This document shows, piece after piece, positions 39,581-49,749 of a stretch of DNA of 64,000 nucleotides. The first letter of the stretch is position 1. The number at the start of each line of letters is the position of its first letter. The notes below the pieces were generated by a model. The model saw only the letters and a program-made list of their open reading frames with translations, ran no database searches and had not been told where the DNA came from. Position numbers and translations under genes: made by a program. The DNA comes from Candidatus Multivoradales bacterium (GTDB taxonomy: Bacteria > Acidobacteriota > Thermoanaerobaculia > Multivoradales > Multivoraceae), in NCBI GenBank assembly GCA_965223325.1, contig CBDCWI010000002.1, forward strand, positions 2,464,001 to 2,528,000, written 5' to 3'.

Positions 39581-42016
39581 CTACTCGTGCTGGTCGATTT
39601 CTGCGAAGTAGTCGGGCGCCACGAGAATCTCTCGCGACTTGCTGCCCTGTGAAGGTCCGAGCAGGCCGTCGAGCTCCATCATGTCGATCAGCCGCGCAGC
39701 GCGCGAGAAGCCGATCCGCATGCGTCGCTGCAGGAAACTGGCAGACGCCTTGCCCTCAGCGACCACCAGGCGCGCCGCGTCGTCATAGAGCTCGTCGTCT
39801 GGCTCGCCACCGGCCTTACCTTCACTGCGCTCTTCGACCGGAGCTTCGAGCACCGACGGGTCGAGTTCGGGCTTGCCCTGCTTGCGCAGCCAACGAATGA
39901 CACCGGCTGTCTCCTGCTCGCTGACATACGCACCGTGTAGACGCATGACGCGGGAGCTTCCCGGCGGCATGAACAAGGCGTCACCCTTGCCGAGCAGCTT
40001 TTCGGCACCAATCTCGTCGAGAATCGTGCGCGAGTCGTGTCGCGAAGCGGTGGCAAATGCCAGCCGACAAGGAAAGTTCGCCTTGATCATGCCGGTCAGG
40101 ACGTCGACCGACGGTCGCTGCGTGGCGACAATCAAGTGGATTCCAACGGCTCGCGCCATCTGCGCCAGACGCGCGATCGAGTGCTCGACGTCGGCGCTCG
40201 ACACCATCATCAGGTCGGCGAGCTCATCGATCACGATGACGTAGTACGGCAGTGGCTGTAGATCCGACGACGCGACCTCGACCTCGTCGTCTTCCTCTTC
40301 CTTCAACCGCAGACGCTTCTGGACCTCAGGATCCTGGATCGCGTGGTTGTAGAAGTCGATCGACCGCACGTGCACCTCGGCAAGCAGGCGGTAGCGGCGT
40401 TCCATTTCAGCCACTGCCCAACGCAGTGCGTTGGAAGCCTTCTTGGGGTCGACGACCACTTCGGCTTTGAGGTGGGGGATGTTCTTGTAGACGCCCAGTT
40501 CGATGCGCTTGGGGTCGATGAAGATGAACTGGACCTGATCGCGCGTCGCCTTGTAGAGAATCGACGAGATCATCGCCTGCAGACCCACACTCTTACCGGC
40601 ACCTGTCGCACCGGCGACGAGAAGATGCGGCATGGTTGCCAGGTCGACGTAGTAGGGATCACCATGCAACGTCTGACCGAGCGCCAGGGTCAGTGGCGAC
40701 CGCGACTTCTTGAAGGTCTCATCGGCCAGCATCGGTCCCAGGCGAATGATCGACCGCGACGGATTCGGCACCTCGATGCCGAGTGTCGAGCGCCCGGGAA
40801 TGCGATCGATGCGAATCGCCTCGGCCTTCAGCGACAGTGCCAGATCGTCTTGCAGACTGACGACCTTCGAGACCTTGACCCCCGCCGCCGGTTGAAACTC
40901 GAACACAGTGATGACCGGACCAGGGGTAATGCCCTCGATCGAGCCATCGACACCAAACTCCGCACAACGCTCGCGAATCACCTCGCCGAGGCGCACCAAC
41001 TCATCTTCGTCAAAGCTCGGCCGGGTCTTCTCGAGGTCGAGGAGGTTGATCGGCGGAAGCGCACTGCCGCGCTTACCCTTGGGAAAGGCGATCTTGGCCT
41101 GCCCCTTCTTCGCCGGCGGTTTCTCGGCTGCTGGCGGAGCCGTCTTGCGACGACGCTTGGGGCGAACCACGGCGACGCTCTCGAGCCGGTGACCAGCTTC
41201 GGCCTCCGTGACTTGCTCCGGCTTTCCGTGCCGCCTGCGCACCCGAATCGGGGGTGCCGATTCGGTCTGTTGAGCCGCAACGCGCGCCGACACCAGATCC
41301 TTTTTGCCGGCCTTCTTCTCGCGGGCCCGCTCGAGGTGCTTGGCTACCACCCGCCGACGCGAACGGTCCTTCTCGCGGCGCTCACGACGTCGATGCAAAC
41401 CAAGGAGCGCAGTTTCACTGACACCGCGCGCGCGACCGACTCCACCAGCGAGAACCTCATCAAGACTCGACTGCAGAGCCAACGCCAGGCCAATCACCAG
41501 CGCACTCACCAGAACGAGCAGAGTGCCTACGAAAGCCAGGCGCGTCTCGAGAGAGCGCACGACCAGAAAGCCGAATAATCCCCCGGCATGCAGCGAAACA
41601 CCCCGCCAGGTTACCTCGCGCACCAGCAGTTGAAACAACGGCGGCAGCGAAAGGACCAGAAGACCCGCGCCGAAGCCGCGCCCGGTGACCTTCTCACCGG
41701 TACCCTGGCGCAACCGCCGCCAGCCAGCAGCAAAAAGCGCAATCGGTAGCGCAAAGGCCGGCAGACCCATGAGCCGGTAGCAGAGCTCGGCGATCTCGGC
41801 GCCCGCTCGACCGATCCAATTGGCGGTCTCCGGCTCGCCGGCCCCACGATAGAAGAGGCTGGGATCTTCGGGTCGATAGCTCACCAGGGCAAGCAACAGG
41901 ATCAGAGACACAAAAAACAGCAGCAACCCCAGGACCTCGCGGGTCTTGCGGGATGGCAGGCGGTCCGGCTGGCGACGCGCAGGCGGCCGTCGGGTCTCTG
42001 AGCGGGCAACACTCAC
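39581..42016 (-). CDS. ftsK: DNA translocase FtsK
   Basis: N-terminal TM helices; PHLLVAGATGAGKSV, IDELADLMM, ATQRPSVDV; gamma domain SFLQRRMRIGFSRAAR. Confidence 0.97.
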   Translation of the reverse strand: MSVARSETRRPPARRQPDRLPSRKTREVLGLLLFFVSLILLLALVSYRPEDPSLFYRGAGEPETANWIGRAGAEIAELCYRLMGLPAFALPIALFAAGWRRLRQGTGEKVTGRGFGAGLLVLSLPPLFQLLVREVTWRGVSLHAGGLFGFLVVRSLETRLAFVGTLLVLVSALVIGLALALQSSLDEVLAGGVGRARGVSETALLGLHRRRERREKDRSRRRVVAKHLERAREKKAGKKDLVSARVAAQQTESAPPIRVRRRHGKPEQVTEAEAGHRLESVAVVRPKRRRKTAPPAAEKPPAKKGQAKIAFPKGKRGSALPPINLLDLEKTRPSFDEDELVRLGEVIRERCAEFGVDGSIEGITPGPVITVFEFQPAAGVKVSKVVSLQDDLALSLKAEAIRIDRIPGRSTLGIEVPNPSRSIIRLGPMLADETFKKSRSPLTLALGQTLHGDPYYVDLATMPHLLVAGATGAGKSVGLQAMISSILYKATRDQVQFIFIDPKRIELGVYKNIPHLKAEVVVDPKKASNALRWAVAEMERRYRLLAEVHVRSIDFYNHAIQDPEVQKRLRLKEEEDDEVEVASSDLQPLPYYVIVIDELADLMMVSSADVEHSIARLAQMARAVGIHLIVATQRPSVDVLTGMIKANFPCRLAFATASRHDSRTILDEIGAEKLLGKGDALFMPPGSSRVMRLHGAYVSEQETAGVIRWLRKQGKPELDPSVLEAPVEERSEGKAGGEPDDELYDDAARLVVAEGKASASFLQRRMRIGFSRAARLIDMMELDGLLGPSQGSKSREILVAPDYFAEIDQHE

Positions 42017-42026
42017 AAAACGCAGT

Positions 42027-42860
42027 CTAACGGGCTAGCGAAGGGAATGTTGACCGCTTGTTCTGCCACAAACCCTCGATCTCGACCAACGAAAGGGTCT
42101 CGGCACGACGGCGAGAGTCGAGAGGAGCTCCAGTCGGCGGCACCGGCAACGCCAAGAGGGCGCTGGCTGCCGGCTTTCCAAAGCGCGCCACCAGATTGTT
42201 ACGAATGGTCTTGCGCCGGTGGGCGAAGAGCGCGAAGACGAAGCGTTCGAACGACGGCCAATCGTCGAGCGCGATGCTGTCGGGACGCCGTTCGAGGCCA
42301 ACGAAAGCGCTGTCGACTTTCGGCGGTGGATTGAACGCCCCCGGCGGCACGCGGGCCAGGCGGCGCACCTTCGCACGCGCCTGGATCAAGACCGACAGGG
42401 CCCCCCGGGCAGGTTCTCCAGGCGCAGCCGTCAGGCGCTCGGCGACCTCCAGCTGGATGAGGAACGCCGCTCGTGGGGACCTGAGGGCCGAGGCGGCCCA
42501 GGCCCGCATGAGCGGCGTCGCCACGTTGTAGGGAAGGTTCCCGGCCACCAGGGTGGCCGCCGGAAGCCTCTGCCAGCGGAACTCAGTCGCATCGGCGACG
42601 GCGACTCTGAGGCACGCTCCGCGGTGTTGCTCCTGCAGCCGAAAGGCCCAGGCCGGGTCGAGTTCGAGCGCCCAGACACAGGCCTTGGCAGCCATCAGGG
42701 CACCCGTCAATACGCCGCCGCCGGGCCCGATCTCGAGGACCTGGCGGCCGCCGAGCGGGCTGAGAAAGTCGATCAGGGGCCGACAACTGGCGGCCCGGGT
42801 GAGGTGGTGTTGCCCAAGATCACGGCGTAAATGGGGCGATTCGGGAGCATTCACGGTCAC
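42027..42860 (-). CDS. rsmA: 16S rRNA dimethyladenosine transferase
   Basis: LGQH, VLEIGPGGGVLT, GNLPYNVATP, FNPPPKVDSA. Confidence 0.93.
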   Translation of the reverse strand: MTVNAPESPHLRRDLGQHHLTRAASCRPLIDFLSPLGGRQVLEIGPGGGVLTGALMAAKACVWALELDPAWAFRLQEQHRGACLRVAVADATEFRWQRLPAATLVAGNLPYNVATPLMRAWAASALRSPRAAFLIQLEVAERLTAAPGEPARGALSVLIQARAKVRRLARVPPGAFNPPPKVDSAFVGLERRPDSIALDDWPSFERFVFALFAHRRKTIRNNLVARFGKPAASALLALPVPPTGAPLDSRRRAETLSLVEIEGLWQNKRSTFPSLAR

Positions 42861-43000
42861 AACCGTATCCTGCCGGGCCTCAGGCCGAGGCTCGACGAAC
42901 CGCCTGAAATCCCGGAAAACCGGAGCAACTAGCCGAGAAACATCATCTTTCTGGTATCCTCAGGAGCTACGCCCTCGCGGCGAGATTTCTTGGAAGAACG

Positions 43001-44179
43001 ATGAATCACCAGATTCAATGCCTGAGCCCCGGTCGCCTCGAGCAATTCCTCGAGCGTCGGCGCCGTGATTTTGACGACACTCTGGCGGCCGAGAGCTCGC
43101 TGGCCGAGAACCTCGTCGAGATCTTGCGACGCGCCAACGAATTCGTGCCTTCTGACGCGGGTTCGATCCTTCTCGACGACCCGACGGTCAAGGTCGCCGA
43201 CCGGTCGGAGAACAAGCTCACCTTCCTGGCGGCGTTTGGCGACAAGGTGGAAGATCTGGCCGGCCGCGAGATCGGCGCGAGCAAAGGCATCGCTGGCCGC
43301 GTCTACCTCACCGGCGAGCCCTACCGTGCCGACGAGGCGTCGACGGACCGGTTCTTCCACGACAAGATCGACGAGGCCATCGAGTTCAAGACCCGGGCTC
43401 TGGTCGCCGTCCCGATTCGTCTTGGTGACGAAGTGTGTGGAGTTCTCGAGCTCATTCGCGAACGGCCCTACACCGAAACCGAAGCCAACCTGCTGCACAT
43501 CTTTGCTGGCTACCTATCGGTTTCGATTCAAAACGTTCTCGACACCCGACACGCCCTCAAGATCGCCAAGCGCGACGGCCTGACCGGGCTGTTCAACGAC
43601 CGCTACCTACACATCGCGATCGCCGACCTGCTCGATGAGTGCGATGCCCAGAACAGCGACTTGAACGTCATGTTCCTCGACCTCGACTACTTCAAGTCGG
43701 TCAACGACCGCCACGGTCACCTGGCCGGCAGTCAGGTGCTGAACGAGGTCGGCGAGCTGCTCGAAGAAGCCAGTCAGGGGCGAGGCGCCGTGCCCTGCCG
43801 CTACGGTGGCGATGAGTTCGTCGTTCTCCTTCCGCATGCCGAACTGGCCAGCACCGAGGTCCTGGGCGAAGAAGTTCGCACCATGATCGGTCAAATGGTG
43901 TTCTGCGACAAACCCGGCAAGATCCAGCGCGATCCGCTGCACCTCACCGGGCTCTCGGCCTCGATCGGAATCGCCTCCTGGCGCCAGCATCTGAAGGGCA
44001 AGACCGCCGAGCAGGCGCGTACTGCCCTGCTTCACATCGCCGACGCAGCGATGTACATCGCCAAGGAAAGTGGGCGCAACAAGGTGGTGGTCGCCGACTC
44101 GTCGAGCATTCTCACGACCGGAAGCGCCCTGGCGACCGGACCGATTCGAATCGTCTCGAGCCCGCCGCGCGGCAGCTGA
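43001..44179 (+). CDS. GAF-domain diguanylate cyclase
   Basis: DGLTGLFN, DLDYFKSVND..GHLAGS, RYGGDEF, AMYIAKESGRN. Confidence 0.93.
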   Translation: MNHQIQCLSPGRLEQFLERRRRDFDDTLAAESSLAENLVEILRRANEFVPSDAGSILLDDPTVKVADRSENKLTFLAAFGDKVEDLAGREIGASKGIAGRVYLTGEPYRADEASTDRFFHDKIDEAIEFKTRALVAVPIRLGDEVCGVLELIRERPYTETEANLLHIFAGYLSVSIQNVLDTRHALKIAKRDGLTGLFNDRYLHIAIADLLDECDAQNSDLNVMFLDLDYFKSVNDRHGHLAGSQVLNEVGELLEEASQGRGAVPCRYGGDEFVVLLPHAELASTEVLGEEVRTMIGQMVFCDKPGKIQRDPLHLTGLSASIGIASWRQHLKGKTAEQARTALLHIADAAMYIAKESGRNKVVVADSSSILTTGSALATGPIRIVSSPPRGS

Positions 44180-44348
44180 GCTGCGGCCGGTGTCCGCGCC
44201 GGCCTCCCTGGCGCCGCACCCAGCGCCACTGATCGCGGAATTCGCGACCTGGCCCCCCCCGGCGCTCAGATCCCGAGTACCATCGAAGGATCGCGCGCGA
44301 CAAGAGAGACTCCACCCAAAAAGACCCTTTCTCGACGAGATCGATGCC

Positions 44349-45704
44349 ATGACAGCTGACGCCAAAACGAAACGCACCGGCCGCCTCAAATCGACTCCGG
44401 AGACAGTTCATGAACTGCTCCGGCGCCACATGCTCGTCGACGGATACTCCCTGGTTCTCGACCTGGAGGGCAGCCATGGGGTCTACCTTCGCGACGCCCG
44501 CAGCGGCAAAGAACTCCTCGACATGTTCGGCAGCTTCTCGACCGTGCCGCTGGGCTACAACCACCCGGGAATGGAAGACGAGGGGTTCAAGGACAAGATC
44601 ATGCGAGCGGCGATCAACAAGCCCGCCAACTCCGATCTCTACACCCAGGAAATGGCCGACTTCGTCGCTACGTTCGCGGCGACGATTCCCGAGAGTCTCA
44701 ACAGCCACTTGTTCTTCATCTCTGGGGGCGCCCTGGCGATCGAGAACGCGCTCAAGGCGGCCTTCGACTGGAAAACGCGCAAGAACCACGAGGCCGGGCG
44801 AGCAGAAGCCGGCGACCTCATTGTGCACTTCGAAGAGGCGTTTCACGGTCGCAGCGGTTACACGCTCTCGCTGACCAACACCGATCCAACCAAGACGCTC
44901 TACTTCCCCAAGTTCGACGAATGGCCGCGCATCACCAACCCGCACCTGCGCTTCCCGATCACCGAAGGAATCGTACGCGACGTCGAGACCAAGGAAGCCC
45001 AGGCCGTCGCACAGATCGAGCGCGCAGTAAGACGGTTTGGCCATCGCGTCGCGGGCTTGATCATCGAACCGATTCAGGGTGAGGGCGGCGACAACCACTT
45101 CCGCCCCGAGTTCCTCGTCCAGCTGCGTACCCTGGCCGACGAGCACGAGTTCCTGTTGATCTTCGACGAGGTCCAGACCGGCTTCGGCACCACCGGCAAG
45201 TGGTGGTGTTTCGAGCACATGGGTGTCGAGCCCGACATTTTCGCGTTCGGCAAGAAGACCCAGGTCTGCGGAATCGCCGCCTCGACCCGCCTCGACGAAA
45301 TCGATTCGGTGTTCAAGGTCTCGAGCCGCATCAACTCGACCTGGGGTGGCAACCTGGTCGACATGATCCGATGTCAGCGCATTACCGAGATCGTCAAGGA
45401 GGAAGGGCTCCTCGAGCGCGCCCTCGGCACAGGAGCTTTTGTCCTCGAAACGTTGCGTGACCTCGAGCGGTCGTTCGAGGGTCGCCTGACGAACAGTCGC
45501 GGCCTCGGACTTTTCCTCGCCGTCGACCTCCCCGACACCGAAACCCGCAACGCCACCCTCGCAGCTTCCCTCGACGAAGGGCTGCTCGGCCTGGCCTCCG
45601 GGCCGGCATCGATTCGCTTTCGCCCACCGCTCGTCTTGACTGAAGACGAAGCAGCTGAGGGTTTGAGGCGCTTCGAGCAGGCGCTCCGGCGAGTCCTGGA
45701 CTAG
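44349..45704 (+). CDS. lat: L-lysine 6-transaminase (class III PLP aminotransferase)
   Basis: HMLVDG, NKPANSDLY, ENALKAAFDWK, FHGRSGYTLSLTNT, DEVQTG, FGKKTQV, SSRINSTWGG. Confidence 0.9.
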   Translation: MTADAKTKRTGRLKSTPETVHELLRRHMLVDGYSLVLDLEGSHGVYLRDARSGKELLDMFGSFSTVPLGYNHPGMEDEGFKDKIMRAAINKPANSDLYTQEMADFVATFAATIPESLNSHLFFISGGALAIENALKAAFDWKTRKNHEAGRAEAGDLIVHFEEAFHGRSGYTLSLTNTDPTKTLYFPKFDEWPRITNPHLRFPITEGIVRDVETKEAQAVAQIERAVRRFGHRVAGLIIEPIQGEGGDNHFRPEFLVQLRTLADEHEFLLIFDEVQTGFGTTGKWWCFEHMGVEPDIFAFGKKTQVCGIAASTRLDEIDSVFKVSSRINSTWGGNLVDMIRCQRITEIVKEEGLLERALGTGAFVLETLRDLERSFEGRLTNSRGLGLFLAVDLPDTETRNATLAASLDEGLLGLASGPASIRFRPPLVLTEDEAAEGLRRFEQALRRVLD

Positions 45705-45728
45705 GAACGCCGTTGGCCTCGGGCCCCG

Positions 45729-47843
45729 TCACCCTCCCGTCCACGGAGATCCGGGACAGGCGACTGGAAAGGTACCGGCTGCCACATCAGGCAACCGCGC
45801 GGCCGACGGCAGCTCATCGACCAGCACGAGAAGGCGGCGGTCGATCGCTACGACCGCGATCTCGGCCCGCCAGCGAGAACGCCTGAAGGCGTGGAGGGAG
45901 AATGCAGTCGAGTCGGCCGCATCCAGGGTCTGGGCGAGTCCCGAGTCGAGCTCCGGGCCGGGGGCCACTCCCAACGACGCGGCCGCGTCAATGGTTCGTA
46001 GAAGCTCGAGCACCCAGCCGGTGGGTAGGCCATCGACTTGCTCGAGCAGGGCTCTGACTTCTCGGCGCTCGCTCTCGCCGGCCAGGGCCTCGTGGGCAGC
46101 GGGCGATGCCAAGAGACGCGGCTCGGCTGCCAGCGCACGTGCCAGGAGACCGATTCTCCGGGTGTGAGCCTTTTGGTCGCCATCGTCGTTGGCTGGCTGG
46201 CGCGCGGCCAGGAACGGAGCCAGGGCGCCGAGTGGATCGAGCGCGCAGGCACGCTCGAGAGCCTGGGTCGCGCGGGCGTCGCGCGAGTCGGCGGCGATCG
46301 CTCCGGCCTGCAACCAGAGCGGTGCCAAGCCAACACCCCGCTCGGCTGCCAGGAAGGCTTCCTCGAGCGCCGTCGCGCGATCGGCTCCGTGGTTCGCCTC
46401 GTGCAACAAGCGGGCGTAGTGGAAGCGGTAGAGCGGGTGGTTGGGATCGTGTGTCGAGGCCTTGGCGAGTGCTGCGAGCGCTTCCTCGGGCGATTGTGCC
46501 GAGCGCGCAAGGTCCCAATGCCGCGTCGCGAGAAGGAACGGTGGAAGCACCACCACCGCGCCGACGATGAGAGCCAGAGCGAGCACCGAACCTACCCGAG
46601 ACCGAAGCGACGCGCTGCGCCGCCCGCGTGCGTGGATCGACTGGCGAGCACCAAGCAGGAAGCAAAGCGTGACGGGAACTGCCGGCACCGCCAAAGGAGC
46701 GCCCGCGAGAGCGACGACGGCCCACCCCACCAGGCCCGCGTCGAGCACTCTCGTCTGCCAGTGCTCCTGGGAGTCCATTGCCGCCAACTCGCGATACCGC
46801 GTCCTGATCCAGAGGGCGACGAGCCCGAAGGAGACCAGAATGCCGGGCAGGCCGAGTTCGAAAAGAAGCAGGAGCGGCAGGGAGTGCGGGTCACTCACCA
46901 CTTCGCCGGGAGGATTCACTCCCGGCACCGGCCGCCAGGTGTCGGCGAGCAACCACATCGAAGCACCCGGGCCATGGCCGCGGAGCGGTTGAGCGACGAA
47001 ACCGTCGAATGCTGCCTCGGCGTACACGCCGCGGGCACTGGCGGAGGCGTCGTCCCCACTGACGACTTGAACCAACCTTGCACCGAAGAGAGCTGCGACG
47101 AGGAGCCCGACGACCGCAACGGCCGCGAGCGGCGAACGCGATGCACCCGATCGACGCTCCTGGCGACCGCTCCGAGCGAGGAAGGCCGCCGCACAGAGGA
47201 GGCCGAGTGCGCCGCTCAGAGAACCCGTCAAGACCAATGCCACCAGGCCACTGATTGCCGAGACGATCCCGAGCAGGCGCCAACTGCCTCCGGCCTGCCA
47301 GGCGAGAAGCGGCAATGGAAGGAGCGCCACGAGAACGAGCGCCAGGAGGTTGTGGTGTCCGAGTGGCATCGACGCTCGCGCCTCGCCGAACACAACCATC
47401 GACACCAGCGCCCAGGCCCCGAAGAGGCCCGGGAGGAGTGCTGTGATCAACAGTCCCAGGTGACGTGGACCCGGCTCGCACCAGGCTCGCTCGATGGCGG
47501 AAGGTAGAAGCATGAAGAAGGGCAAGAGAATCACCGCGCTCGCGCCAGCACGCGAAACGTCGGAGGTCCACCAGCTCACGGTCACCGTCGTGACCAGGAG
47601 GACGGGCAAAACGAGGCCAAAACGATCCAGCCGGAAGGGGTCGAGGACCGAGCCAGATGCCAGGGCGGCGACGGCCAGACCGGCGAGGACCAGTGAACCC
47701 GCTGCCAGCGCATGGTCGACCCATGAGACTGCGGGCAGTGTTCCAAACCAGCCCAGGTAGGAAAGGAGCAAGACGGCCGGTAAGAGCGCCGCGGTCGAGC
47801 GGCCGTTCCGCGAGGAATCAGATAGGGAGAACGACACGGTGAC
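45729..47843 (-). CDS. O-antigen ligase-like membrane protein with C-terminal TPR-like region (start uncertain)
   Basis: Many TM helices; GHHNLLA, TGSLSG, G.GPG, DPHSLPL..LFELGLPG. Confidence 0.75.
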   Translation of the reverse strand, partial: VTVSFSLSDSSRNGRSTAALLPAVLLLSYLGWFGTLPAVSWVDHALAAGSLVLAGLAVAALASGSVLDPFRLDRFGLVLPVLLVTTVTVSWWTSDVSRAGASAVILLPFFMLLPSAIERAWCEPGPRHLGLLITALLPGLFGAWALVSMVVFGEARASMPLGHHNLLALVLVALLPLPLLAWQAGGSWRLLGIVSAISGLVALVLTGSLSGALGLLCAAAFLARSGRQERRSGASRSPLAAVAVVGLLVAALFGARLVQVVSGDDASASARGVYAEAAFDGFVAQPLRGHGPGASMWLLADTWRPVPGVNPPGEVVSDPHSLPLLLLFELGLPGILVSFGLVALWIRTRYRELAAMDSQEHWQTRVLDAGLVGWAVVALAGAPLAVPAVPVTLCFLLGARQSIHARGRRSASLRSRVGSVLALALIVGAVVVLPPFLLATRHWDLARSAQSPEEALAALAKASTHDPNHPLYRFHYARLLHEANHGADRATALEEAFLAAERGVGLAPLWLQAGAIAADSRDARATQALERACALDPLGALAPFLAARQPANDDGDQKAHTRRIGLLARALAAEPRLLASPAAHEALAGESERREVRALLEQVDGLPTGWVLELLRTIDAAASLGVAPGPELDSGLAQTLDAADSTAFSLHAFRRSRWRAEIAVVAIDRRLLVLVDELPSAARLPDVAAGTFPVACPGSPWTGG

Positions 47844-48132
47844 GCCTCGCAAGGAGAGAGGGGGGAAGCGCAAGGACCTGGCGCCTTCGATATGCTGCCG
47901 ATTGATCCTACGTGACCACCGCGTCATGACACCCTCCACCGGGCCGCCCTACCGGTCGCCGTTGCGCGCGATTCGACACGACGGAACACCGGGCCGAGAG
48001 GAACCCAAACGCCAACGCCATAGCACCCACTCTGCCTGCGCTGCCGGGGGAGGCGGGCGCTCGACCTTCGCGCGCGTTCGCGCACACCAAATCACCCTTT
48101 GACCAACGCTTGTTTGACGCGCAGGAGCTGAC

Positions 48133-49668
48133 ATGAGCCGCCAGGACACTGTAAGAAAAACCCTCGACGCCCTGGGGATCGAATCCTCGAACTCGGGCGC
48201 CTTCGCCGACAGCTGGCTCGACACGAAGGGCGAAGAAGTCGCCTCGATCGATCCGACGACTGGCGAGACCCTGGCAACGGTCCGGCTGGCTTCGGTCGAC
48301 GACTACGAGAAGGTCGCTCTGACCTCGGTCGACGCGTTCAAGGCCTGGCGAAAACTACCCGCCCCGCAACGTGGCGAAGTCGTCCGCGCGCTCGGAAACG
48401 CACTACGCGATCACAAAGACGATCTCGGGCGGCTAGTGTCACTCGAAGTCGGCAAGGTCACCAGCGAAGGGCTCGGCGAAGTCCAGGAGATGATCGACAT
48501 GTGCGACCTTGCCGTCGGCATGTCGCGCCAACTGTTCGGCAAGACCATGCACTCCGAACGCCCCGAGCACCGCATGTACGAACAGTGGCACCCTCTCGGT
48601 CCGGTCGGAATCATCACCGCCTTCAACTTCCCCGTCGCGGTGTGGTGTTGGAACGCCGCGGTCGCGGCGGTGTGTGGCGACAGCATGATCTGGAAGCCGT
48701 CGCTCAAGGCGCCACTGACTTCGATCGCGGTATCGAAGATCGCCGCTCGCGTACTCGCCGATCATGACGCCCCCGCGATCATGGGACTCATCATCGGCAG
48801 CGACCGAGAGGTCGGCGAAACTCTCATCCGTGACCATCGTCTGCCGCTCATCTCGGCAACCGGCTCGGTGCGTATGGGTCGTCACGTCGGCACCGTGGTT
48901 GCCGAACGACTGGGCCGCTCACTGCTCGAGCTGGGTGGCAACAACGCGATGATCATCATGGACGACGCCGACCTCGACCTGGCGCTCCGCGCGGTGCTTT
49001 TCGGTGCGGTGGGAACTGCGGGGCAGCGCTGCACGACGACCCGCCGCCTCTTCATGCAAAAGGGCATCGCCAAGCGCCTGCGCGAGCAGCTGGTCGCGGC
49101 CTACAGTTCGATTCCGGTCAACGACCCCTTGGCCTCCGGCACACTGCTCGGCCCACTCATCGACCAGGACGCTGTCGACGGAATGCTAGAGGCGCTCCAG
49201 GAAGCCAAGACGCAAGGTGGCGAAGTCCTCTGCGGCGGCAGCCAGGTCGATCGCCCGGGCTACTTCGTCGAGCCCACCATGGTGGCGGCAACGGCCGACA
49301 TGGCGATCACCCACGAGGAGACTTTCGCGCCCGTCCTCTACGCCATCGAGTTCGACGACCTCGACGAGGTCATCGAGATTCACAACTCTGTGCCTCAGGG
49401 GCTCTCTTCGGCCATCTTCACCGACAGCATCAGAAGCGCCGAACGCTTCCTCGCCGCAACCGGCAGCGATTGCGGTATCGCCAACGTCAACATCGGCACC
49501 TCAGGTGCCGAGATCGGCGGCGCCTTCGGTGGTGAGAAGGAAACCGGCGGCGGTCGCGAAGCCGGCTCGGACGCCTGGAAGCTCTATATGCGGCGCCAGA
49601 CCTGCACCATCAACTGGGGTGAGGAGTTGCCGTTGGCGCAGGGAGTGACGTTCGACCTACCGGGTTAA
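48133..49668 (+). CDS. pcd: Aldehyde dehydrogenase family 7 (alpha-aminoadipate semialdehyde / P6C dehydrogenase)
   Basis: GEVQEMIDMCD, SERPEHRMYEQWHPLG, AFNFPVAVW, LELGGNNA, GTAGQRCTT, GGEKETGGGREAGSD. Confidence 0.9.
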   Translation: MSRQDTVRKTLDALGIESSNSGAFADSWLDTKGEEVASIDPTTGETLATVRLASVDDYEKVALTSVDAFKAWRKLPAPQRGEVVRALGNALRDHKDDLGRLVSLEVGKVTSEGLGEVQEMIDMCDLAVGMSRQLFGKTMHSERPEHRMYEQWHPLGPVGIITAFNFPVAVWCWNAAVAAVCGDSMIWKPSLKAPLTSIAVSKIAARVLADHDAPAIMGLIIGSDREVGETLIRDHRLPLISATGSVRMGRHVGTVVAERLGRSLLELGGNNAMIIMDDADLDLALRAVLFGAVGTAGQRCTTTRRLFMQKGIAKRLREQLVAAYSSIPVNDPLASGTLLGPLIDQDAVDGMLEALQEAKTQGGEVLCGGSQVDRPGYFVEPTMVAATADMAITHEETFAPVLYAIEFDDLDEVIEIHNSVPQGLSSAIFTDSIRSAERFLAATGSDCGIANVNIGTSGAEIGGAFGGEKETGGGREAGSDAWKLYMRRQTCTINWGEELPLAQGVTFDLPG

Positions 49669-49749
49669 GGGCGGCACCGTCGCCGCGTGCTCGACCCCCA
49701 TTTCGGGACTGGGGGGGAAGACGGGGCTCGAAAGGCCCGCCGTTCGCTT

